A stretch of DNA of 32,018 nt from Catajapyx aquilonaris (taxonomy: Eukaryota). The stretch covers positions 62,001-94,018 of the forward strand of contig JYFJ02001042.1 in the NCBI GenBank assembly GCA_000934665.2, read 5' to 3'. The notes below the pieces were generated by a model, which did not search any database, was not told where the DNA came from, and saw only the letters and a program-made list of their open reading frames with translations. Positions within the stretch are counted from its first letter, which is position 1; each line of letters opens with the position of its first letter. Positions 21,701 through 32,018 of the stretch are shown piece after piece. The position numbers and the translations under genes were made by a program.

Positions 21701-24700
21701 TGCATTTATTTGTGCATTACGCTCGCAAATATGGTGAAACACTCAGCACCCACCGAGTTCGGATATTTATCTCGTCCAGCCCTGCTCTCTCAGGCCATCA
21801 TCGTATATGATTCAGTGATAACATCAGAAATAGGTCAGCGAAAGGCCGTTTGTTTCTCTCCACCTGACATGTTTTTCCAACCGAGACTGTCCGAAGATCG
21901 CAGCTGCAATCGTCGTAAGTCGCACCCACCCTTCAATATAATACCCACCAGTCTCAATCCTGTCTCCCCTGAGCATCCTCAGTCTCGGCTTAACCCTCCC
22001 GGTCTGTCGGCTGTGTTGTGAGGTCAACGTGCTGTATCCAGAAGCAGATGGCGTCGGAGGAGGAAGGCCCGGAACACTGCACGACGAATTCAAGAAACCT
22101 GAAAGATATTGCCGGATTGATTCAATAAACAACTGATGAAGTCAAAGACTATAACCGATGCCGACAAATGTGCCGCCTGCGTAAGACTTGGGCATATTCA
22201 GATAGTGTTTGTATCGTAGCCATTTTAGTATCCTTTTGCTCATGTGCGCCATTTCCGTTCCAAAAAGCTGATTATTGGGTTGTGACCTGGGCGCAATACC
22301 TCAGAAATTAATTAAAGCTCAGAGAGGGCTTTGCAGTGCAAAATGTACGCTTCATATCACTGTTAACTCCTTTAGGAGGCCAAATAAACGACGTGGCTTC
22401 AACCATAACGTATAGAAGTGGTCTGCCCGGAATCGTAACAAGACAATTCTAGATTTCCCAAAAGACAAACCCCAGGTAGTTGCACTTGTTGACAACTAGC
22501 AAGGCTTCGTGTGCTCGGGTCTTTTCCCCGGAGCCGAATCATGGGACTTTTAATAATCCTCCGACATTGTCTGGGCCCGGATTCAATTTAGTTGCATTTT
22601 TATTGTCGCTCACGGAGCAGTTTACCTTCCCCACTTTTTTCTCCCTTACAAGTCGGATAGGCCCAAGGGAGGTTAAGAGAAAAAAGACACGAGCATACCA
22701 GGACGTGGATCGACACCCGGGTCTGACAAATGAAGAGAGTCACGCGAAGTTTCGTGACTCATCGGGGACCCGGTGTGTAGGGGGGTCTGGCTCCGGAAAG
22801 TAACGAGGTAAGCGAAATCGAATGAGAAGAAAAGCCCGCCTGCTTGGTAATTTTGTATGCCGAGGAAGTCGAGGAGAAAAGAAAGAAAAGGAACACCAAA
22901 TGCACTTTCTTTTTTTCTCTCNCCCCCCCCCCCCCCCCCTTTTCCCTTCGTCTTATATTCCCAAACTGTCTAGGAGAAGACACGTTTTCCGTACCTTCAG
23001 ATATATTTTTTTCTGCCAAGTCCGTGGAATGACCCTGGAAATGGCTCATCTTCCGCATGTTAGAGGTGGAGTCTAAAAGGTTTCCTGCTATCCGAAAAGT
23101 CTCGCGGGTCCTACCCTGCCATTCTGTACTGTAGCCTACCTTCGACCAGCAGCGTTGCAAAGGATGGAAGCCATCAGTCTTGCTCAGTTTCCAAGGAAAG
23201 GTGGCACACACACGCGAAAAAACGAGAGTAAGTGGGTGGTTACCCCGAAAAATTTCGAACGTCAAAATACACAGGTGGCTAGTGTCAATTTAGTTCTTTT
23301 TTGAAGAGAGCTCGCTGCATGGAATATTATATAAAATTGGCTAGATGAAACACTGTCTGTCAACGGTGGCTCACCACCAACGTGCATGTAATACTACTTT
23401 CCCCCTGAGAGCGGCAGTAGTGTGCAGAGAGGTATTCTGCGCGCCACCTCGTAGTGGCATATCCTACAATACGTCCAGGCAAATATATTTTGCCAAATTT
23501 TACACCATTGTGCACTTAGTGTTCTCAATAAATTGCCTACTCCTTGTTGACTCTGTGCAGGCGAAATATTTCCAACACTGCGGCGAGGCTTCATTACATT
23601 AACAATGCAAATTTCGAGTGGTTTGGGTGAGAATTAATGAGTGCGACTGGTGGGACTGGAGATATTTGATGCCGGTGGCTAGGAAAACGCCAAGAAATGA
23701 TGCCGATAAAAGGGTGGGAAATGAGGAGCTAAGTGCGGAGCTGGGTGTTGTTTTTAGGAGGGTAGTTGGGGGGGGGGGATGGGTGGGGGAGGAGTTCGTC
23801 TGGGGAATAAATTTGGGGGCTTCCCCTCCTCTTTTTCCCCTTGTTTCCTGCGGAGATTTGCTGAGAGAGGGCTTGAAATTTTCTGCCATCAAGCATTTTT
23901 ACACGTGCTAGCCCTCCCACACCATTTCTATTTTTTAAGGATTTAAAAAAGCAAGGTACAGGGTGTCGTATCCACATTTCCCCTTCAAAAAATATTGTTC
24001 ACCCTAGCCACTATACCACCCTGCATATACACCCCTTGATGTATGTCATTCTATGCCATGATTTTTTTTCTGTCTTTCCCCCTGCAGTCACCACCGTCGG
24101 ATTAGATTAGACCGTCCGTGTCAAAACTTATTTCCACTTTTGCTTCGAGCGATCGATTTCCGATTTTCGGTCCGTGAGGTTCTTGAAAATTAAATTCGGA
24201 CAAGTGACGACAGATTTATTTTTGCCTCCTTTTCGTTTCGCTTTTTTTTTCCTGCAGGGAAGCCAGGGAGAAAAAAAGCGGAAAAATGGGAGATTCTTCT
24301 GCGAGTTTAAGTCATGGGACGCATAACTCGGAAAAGGCGGATGTCTTAGAGCTATAAATACTGGCAAGTTATTTCTATCACTATATGATTACTCTCTCAT
24401 ACAGTATAGCCAGAGTATGAATGTTTTTATGTACACCTGGTTGAAATCTTGATGATTGTATATCTGAAACATTTTCTTTGACATACTGTGCTGTAACACG
24501 CAGATTTATCCCCTCCCTATTACTTTTCCGAGTGCAAACCACTGCTTTTTGCACATGCAATTTGCACGAGCACTCGCTACTGAAAACAGCTGTACTAGAT
24601 ATTTACTTTTTTTTTGCCCCCATGCTGTCAAACCACGAGGTCAATATCCGAGTGCGATAGACATCAGAAGTAATCAATGCACCAGGCTGGAGCATACACG

Positions 24701-27700
24701 GAATATACGTACCGTACTGTCCTCTCCTGAGAGTGGGTTCAAGGTACCACCTTCTGGAGAGCACCATGGCCATTTGAGACAGAGGAAGGATCTCGAGGCG
24801 AAGCGAGTCGGAAGAAGTGGTTCTGAGCAGTTGCGTGGCTTCAGTCACGCTCTGGCCCTCCAATCGAATGCCGTTGATGGCCAGAAGTTGGTCCCCGACG
24901 TGAAGAGCCCCGCACCTGAGGGCAATCAGAAGGAAGGTCACGATAACACCCATCCTCAGGGCTATTGATTTGATTTCTCCTAGAAAATTGGCCACCCAGG
25001 CCCCGTTCAAAGCCAGCACCCGACGAAACTGCAATCTGGGTTTTTTTCCAGTATGGTTCCCTGGTTCTTACATTATGCATGAGGCTGAAATATTTATGCC
25101 GTGGATATAATCTTCATAGGCACCTGCAACTGCCCGCAAGGAATGACCAGCTGCGGAAACAAAAATCTTTGCACGAAAAGAATTGTTCCGAGAATGTGAG
25201 GGGCCCTATTCACTACACACGCTACGGTTGTTCAGCTGGCGGAAATTTGGTCTCACTCAAGCTAACAAAACATGCGGTCATGTTCAGAATTTGATGACGT
25301 AAATGTCATTAGTTAAAGCTGGATTCATTCGGCTATCTGACTCGATGGACGGAGCCAAAACTGAAAGTGTCTCTTTAATTTCTGACCTTTCGGCAATGCT
25401 GGCCTGCTTGATGCTCTCGATGACCACAGCTCCAGGTTCGTGGTAGGTATCAGTCAAGGTGATTCCCAGGGAGGAGACGGGTGTTCTTTCTATCTCGACC
25501 AGTAGTGGACCAGATGCCTGTTGGACAGTCTCCATCAGGCTGACATCGTACTCGATGGTAAAGAGGGCCTCCAGGTCGATCCTTCGAAGCAGCACCTGGG
25601 CGTCGTTCAGGGCCAGGTCGTTCAGAGACACGCCATCGATGGCTAGGAGACGATCGCCTGGCTTGATGGTGCCTTCCCTGTCAAGTACCGGTCACGATAT
25701 CAGACATCAAAAGTCATCAAGTCACGCTGCATGCATCGGACTGTCATTAACTGACATCTTTATTTATACTAAGTAAGTGCATGGTTCAAAAGGTTGGTCT
25801 GTGGAAAAGGAGAAATCAGTTTTCAATATTTCTGCATTCCAAACATTTAAACTGAGCCGAACGTATTGCTTAACAAGTTCAGTTGTTATGGCACACGAGT
25901 TGTAACCATCAGAATTGCACATTCCAGACTCCACACTGACAAATTAAAGCCACCAAACACCGAGCTAATTATAAGCTGAAAGTGCACGCACCAATACCAC
26001 TTGTTGAAAACAACAAACCGTCGCTTTTTCCCCCCAAACTTTTACCCTCGATAGCCCCATGCTCTGGCACTGAAAGGCCGCCAACGTGATACCACATTAT
26101 CTGGTCTCCCGAAAAAAAAGTGTCACCTGTCACTGGAAGCTCATATGTTGAAGCACGCATTTGTAACCCGAACTACAAACGCGTCACTGGAATTTTTTAA
26201 GCCACCGTTATGTAGGCTGAACACAACACACAAGTGCATATTTGGGGGGAGGAAAAGGTGATACCGAAGCACACTGGTATGCTGCTCAAGAATTTATTTC
26301 AAGAGAATCCGCCAGTTCAATTGCGGCGGTTTTGAAGTTATTTACACCACTAGCTGTTTTAATCGCCTGGTGATGTCCATTTACTCTTAAAGATTGGGAG
26401 CCCGACAGCCAGGATTTTCTGTGCTTTGGACTAATGGAAAGAGCACAATTATAAATAAATAACACTGTATACGCGAAGTAATGAATTATTGCTCCGACCT
26501 CCCATATAATTGACGGAAAAAAAACCGCTCTTTACGCCTGTAATTCATGCAACCAGCTAAACAAGAGAGTCGATTGGATTTCATAGCAGTTCAGGATAAA
26601 CACATTCGGCCTGAGGCATTTCCCAGCTGGCGGCATTAACCCCCAACCAGTACCCATCTAGTTACTACAATGTAAACGCCGGTCGACCTTCTAAAATGAT
26701 TGTTTCCGCCTCCCCGCTTTTGGGTGGGTTGTAGGTCAAATGTTAATGGCGTGACTGATCACAGCATAAAACCGGGCCATTTAAATATAAAGAGGTACTA
26801 ACATAGAATTTTTATAGACTTATCTGCCACTCCCTTCTCTCTCTCTTCCCCTATTTTTACAGCCGGCTGTTTGGGAGACCCCTTGTTTATACGCCCGCAC
26901 ACCTTCAGTTCTTTGAAATCCGCAGCAGACGCGTGAGCTCCAATTTTTTTTGCGCCTCTGAACCGAGTTGGCCCAAGTTAATTGGGTTTAATCGCACGCA
27001 TTCACGCTCGGCGGGACTCTGGGACGCTTAATTTCCCTGGGTCCGGAGTTGGGGAGGATCCCAGTGAAGCTGGGGCTGGTTCTATACAGAGGATGCCGAC
27101 AGAAGGGAGCCAAAAGTGTCGTCATGGTATGTCTTTTTGGTCAAGGCGGCTAACGTCCTCTTGGGGGCACATAAATCCCGACGAAATGTGACCGTTTCCG
27201 ACTGGCGGGACCATTAAACGGGAGGCCGAACCGATTTGCTTTCCTGCCATACGATGAAGGCCCTCGAGTGAAGGTTTTGCTTTTAGATATAAAAAAGAGG
27301 CAAATTGGTGGGTAGGTTTTGAAAGAAAAAAAAGTGGTTTTCAAAGTTTGTCCTAGTCGGAGTCATCAGTCATGCGGCTCCGGCTATCTCCCGTCATCAA
27401 CAGCGGTCTGGCTTCATTAATTTTCCAGCCGCGAGTTTTCCTTCCAAAGATTGCGAATTCTGCCTTTTGCAAAAGAGGTTGAGGGAAAAGCAAAAATGTT
27501 CGTCCTCTGGAATGATGTCGCTCCAGACATCAACTGGGGAGACACCCCGGTTTGTCATGGAGGCTTAAAAAGTTTTTCCTTTGGAATTTATGGCGCGGTT
27601 CTGGAGGGTTAAAACCGCACCCTGTTGGGATTTCAGTCTGTCCGATCTCCTAATCATGCTCGATTGCCGAGAGACACGGAGATTAAGCAAGGAAATGTGT

Positions 27701-28556
27701 TCAGGTGAACCTTGACCTGATCTGACTCTTGCAAGAAAAAAAAATTCGTTAAATATTTCCCTATCAGATGATGTTTCAACTGTGATAACTGTCATATAAT
27801 GGTAGTTGTCGGATTAAAAATTTAAATTGTGCATAATAAAGGATAATAGCAAATTAATCACAAATAATAATGCAAACATGATCAAATAAAATATTTAAAA
27901 AGTCGTGTAACAATATCAAATTGTTTACGCATCATAATATGAACCCGAGAGAAAAAAAAATGCATTTAACTTCACGTCTCAAAGTTGTAACATGAAATTG
28001 TAGTGATTTGTGGTGTGGCTGTTAATCACGAGCCGTGATTGGGCCTGACAGGGAGGTCGCATCATCAATTAATTTTGGACAACTTTTTCCCCGCGCTTTG
28101 ATGCAACGCATATAATTTACTGAATATTATCATTAATATTCACCCAGGTTGGAATTCAGCTGAGCGTGATATGAACGGCACTAGGTGTTTGACTTGTTTC
28201 AGGTTACATGCTGCTATAGCGCGTGATATTTACTCGATTGTTAAATCCTGGGGGGTAATGTTGTCCAATCGACTCCTATGCTAATCCAATAATGTCCGAC
28301 GGATGTAATGAAATGGGGCTATTTTTCTGATTTTCTTTCTTCAAAATTATTGATATATTCATGTTCGTAGTAACCTGGGTGTTGTAATCTTACTTGTCAG
28401 CTGGTCCTCCTGGTCTAACATGGGTGATGAAGAGGGGTCGTGATTTAAGAGGATCAGCAAGGTTGCCTCCTCTCAAGGTGAATCCGAAACTTCCATTCTC
28501 CTTCTGTAGTCGAATTTGGATGGCTTTAGAGCAGACACAAACGGAGCCCTCGGTAG
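15772..28556 (-). CDS. GRIP1: Glutamate receptor-interacting protein (GRIP1/2-like), PDZ2-PDZ7; 5'-partial, about 1005 aa in window
   Basis: 14 phase-compatible exons: 28556-28394, 25677-25387, 24915-24713, 22098-21949, 20621-20408, 18927-18710, 18649-18434, 18325-18203, 18123-17968, 17304-17002, 16932(or 16929)-16795, 16733-16117, 16058-15936, 15876-15772 (TGA). GRIP-type motifs: FGFTLRGG...[131 protein letters not shown]...[28 protein letters not shown]-terminus TKTL*. Confidence 0.96.
16059..16116 (-). other. 58-nt GC-AG intron in the GRIP PDZ7 coding region
   Basis: CTT TTG CAG|gcaagc...tttccag|GTA AAC restores the conserved DRLLQ|VN junction. No phase-compatible GT donor is nearby. Confidence 0.85.
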
Positions 28557-31500
28557 CTGAAAAGATAAAAGTGAATTTATAAATTTTTATCCTTACGATG
28601 CAAACGGAAGAAAGGGAATAAATCAGGCTGAAATGGAGGAAGGAAAAAAAAATCGAGAGCGAGCGAAAGATCGAACATTTGTTTTTAAATCTTTGAATAA
28701 GCTTGTACGCTCAGTAAAGTGGAAATGGCGTAAATGGCCGTATATTTTCATAACATCGAATAAATCTTGCACCACTTCATCCCCTCAACTTATAGCTGGC
28801 CGTGTACAACTAATGCTATGTATAATATGAAGTCATGTATTAGTAACCTGGTTGCAGGTTACTGACCTGGTCCACTGTATACTTCACGCAAGAAAAAATA
28901 CTCTGTTTAATTTTAAACCCTCGGAATTTTACGCTCATTGTTCCTGCAAAAATTAACCTCGGCCGATTTCACCCCTCGCTGAAAACATGCATCGAGCCCT
29001 ATTCCGCCCAGAGCCTTAGCTTGAATGAACTGGAGACTCATTAACGCATATCCCACCTAACGAGTTACAGCACCCAAGCGGAATTGCCCCTCTCAAAATA
29101 GGTCATTGGAAACGGGCCCTTGGAATAAAACGGGCCCCGGACATGCACAAGACACGATGTGAACTCGCCGGAAGGAAAGCCATTTTTACTCGCAATAATG
29201 ACGACCCAAAGGGATACAATAGTACTTTTTGCAGATTTTTTTTTTAGAAATGGCCTTTTTCATGGACTGAATCAAATTCGCGAAAGTGAAAAATCTGAGG
29301 GTTTTGGAGACGACCTCCGAATTGGACAGCAAGGTCTCGAAGGAGTAAATCAGCAAGCAATGCAAACTCAATCCCCGATGCCCCCCTTTCCACGCGACGA
29401 AAAAGTCGCAAGAGATCCCCTCGCCAAAAAAAAAGAAGAGAGATCTTTCCACCAAGGGGATCATCCTCCAAATCCAAAATTTGGGACGCTTTTGAACCCG
29501 GGGAGGAACCGGCCGAGCAGGTCATAAAAGTAGAGGCGATGTGTCTTTGGGGAATTGATGGCTGGATGGGGAAGGGCTCTTGCAAAAAGAAAAGGGGAGG
29601 TCAAACTGCTGATCTTTCCTCCTGAAGCGAAATCCACCTTAGGTATCTTTCTAACTGTACTATATCCTCCAGCCATTTCCAACACTTGGATTTTTTTTTG
29701 CAAAAAAAAAGTGCCTATTAATCCCCTCCCTTATTTAATCTTGCTATAGTATGACCAGCCATCTTGCACTGGATGGATTAATAGCTGGAAGGGCCACATT
29801 TTGTAGGGCTATAAAAATGACGGGGGAGAAAATATTGCTGAGAATTTGATGGATTCGTATCGGGCACGACCTTCTGCAATTTTTGGTGTGTTTTTGCACG
29901 TGAAGGAATGTGTAATGACAAGGGGTTACATTTATATTGCATGAGATTACGGGTTTCCGATTTTTTAGGGGGGGATATCTAGTGTCGTTTCGAGCGTATG
30001 ATAAGGTCTTTGTAAAATGCATGGGTGATTAGGCAAGGGGTTGGAAGTCAGACGTTTTCATCGCTGATGTTGCGTGTTGGAAATGTATTGCCACGCATGG
30101 AGTCATGAATGTGTTTGCTTCATTCATGCTTATGTGGCTGACCGTGTCCAGAATAAATAGGGTTTCATTACGAGCATTAATATTCGTGTACAAATCCGCA
30201 ACTTTTTTTAAAAAAATGGGCATATAGTTGTAGCAAGTAATTGTCAAAATTGTGTACCCTTCACATACAGGCCTATACATAAGAAAATTCGGCCTAGGGT
30301 TTCTGAGTTTTATCGCGCTCTTTCAGCATTTCGGAAGTAATAAATCAGGCGGTAGTTCCATCTCGGTTGGCTTTTACCAGACTCTTGGCTTGATATTCGA
30401 CCGAGGGACAATAATAAGACGTCAGCCATTCTAGAATTGGTCGGGGTCTCTCCTACGGAAGCATTTTTTGGGGAGGGGAAATGTCCGTAAATCATCGCAG
30501 GTTTTTTGAGAGGCCGGATTCGAATCCAAAACGCGTTCGAGAGGAAATAACTGAGTGGATGGAGGCTCACGGTGATGAATAGTATTCATATAATATATAG
30601 TTTAAAAAAATTATATGTAAATTTGTGATGAACAGTTCATGAGAGAATCCTATCTGGAATATGCAATTAAGAGAATTTTTCTGCTTCATGGATGTGTAAA
30701 CTTTCTTCCATATTCAGAGTTCAACGATGGCTACGTGCACAATAATGACCAGTATTTTTTAAGCAGGGTTCGCTGATTCAAAAGTGGGACAATTGGCACG
30801 CCGTTCTGAACTAATTTCTTGCCTCTTTTCATTCCACTTCTCACCTTGGGGAAATCCGGTTTTTCTGACCAACTTCTTCTCAGCCGAAGCAGACTCCCCG
30901 GCATTAATATTCATGCGGAACACAGGCCGCGGTTCATTCCGAGCGGAAGTCATACTTAAAGTTGAGGAATTGCCCATTCCTGAAGCTCTCTCTTACTCCT
31001 CTTTTTTTCCGTTTCCTCGATTTTCCAAGACTTTTTTTTTGAACCACTTCCTTTTATTTTTTTTGTTGGAACTCTCTATGCCGCATTTCCCCTCCTTCTT
31101 TCAAAAGAGTAACCTCTTAGGTTTTTCTCCTCCTCCACTCAGTTTTTTTTATTAGCAATAATAGTGGAAGGGATTCGAGTGTTTTTTATTTTGCTACATT
31201 TTTCTGTATGGTGTACAAAAGCAGATTATACCAATGAATGTAAAGCCACAAATTCCTTTTAGATCAGAAAGTACTTATTACGACTACGTCTTAAGTTGCT
31301 ATTTGAATAAAATTAACTGTAGGTAGTGCAAGTTTTAATAATTTTGAGGTATGAATGTTTCAATCGTATTGTGTGGATGATTTTTTTTTCAAGTATTTCT
31401 CTTAATGTGTTGCAATGTTTAAGCATGACTATTACTAGAATGATCAAAGTGCATGTTAAACAATAATTTCTGACAATTTTGACCAAAAGGATCGTTCATA

Positions 31501-32018
31501 CATTTCATATCTTCATTTGTCAACATATTTCACCACAAATTTCGACCACAGTATTTTTTAAACATCGGATGTGATGTTTACTAAGCATCTATAGTGACAC
31601 ACCCTCTATTTATGCACATTTCATTCTCGCAATATTATTTCGCATTTCACTCGGACCATCCACCCTGATTTTAATTTCACAACATTCCCGCCCAATTACA
31701 GTTTTTTTTGACCCCTCGATTCAGCCGCAATTTTGACGCACCTTTTTTTGGAACACGATCAGATTACGGTTCATGTACCTGCCTCCCACCCCCAAAATAG
31801 CAAAACTCTGTATGACACCCCTCGAATCAGATGGGCTCCGCGACAAAATCCAGCCATAAATGTGAAAATGCGCCTCTGGACTCCGGATATATGTTGGCTT
31901 GTCGCTCGAGAAGACGCGATAAAAAGGTGTTCCCCATCCACTGGTAAGGAGTACGTCAACCCTGAAAAACGCATGGGTGCATTTCAGGTTTAACCCTTTA
32001 AAAAAACGTACCCGGACC

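Noticed and set aside
22995..23012. Possible 18-nt in-frame GRIP microexon (EKNISE)
   Set aside because: Poor polypyrimidine tract and no homology support.
29638..29676. Possible alternative first GRIP exon MAGGYSTVRKIPK|gtggat
   Set aside because: Weak donor, and phase 0 is incompatible with the phase-1 acceptor at 28556.
19094..31993. Many 60-170 aa ORFs inside GRIP introns
   Set aside because: Lys/Phe/Gly/Pro-biased products of homopolymer-rich sequence, with no domains, no transposase or RT motifs and no consistent splice phasing.
1..32018. tRNA, rRNA, CRISPR arrays, autonomous transposons or prokaryotic systems
   Set aside because: No cloverleaf or A/B-box pair, repeat-spacer array or long transposase ORF was seen; spliceosomal gene structure shows the DNA is eukaryotic.

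Overview
Intron-rich animal genomic DNA, most likely an invertebrate (taxon not determinable from this window). I assembled four spliced protein-coding genes by hand from the ORF track and splice signals. (1) The 5' part of a TBC1D30-like gene on the minus strand, with the DUF4682 region but no TBC domain in view. (2) A complete 339-aa WD40-repeat gene on the minus strand that I cannot assign to a named family. (3) A PIERCE1/2-family ciliary microtubule inner protein gene on the plus strand, head-to-head with the WD40 gene across about 0.8 kb. (4) Most of a GRIP-family multi-PDZ gene on the minus strand (PDZ2-PDZ7, 14 exons, one GC-AG intron, 5' end off-window). The introns carry four MITE-like inverted-repeat elements, one with a perfect 8-bp target-site duplication. 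The most interesting system is the WD40/PIERCE divergent pair: its shared promoter holds an RFX X-box directly abutting a forkhead (FOXJ1-type) motif plus a CRE, and the WD40 leader holds six short uORFs. This suggests an uncharacterised, translationally controlled, possibly ciliary WD40 protein. All homologies come from recalled sequences, not database searches, and exon models are manual predictions.
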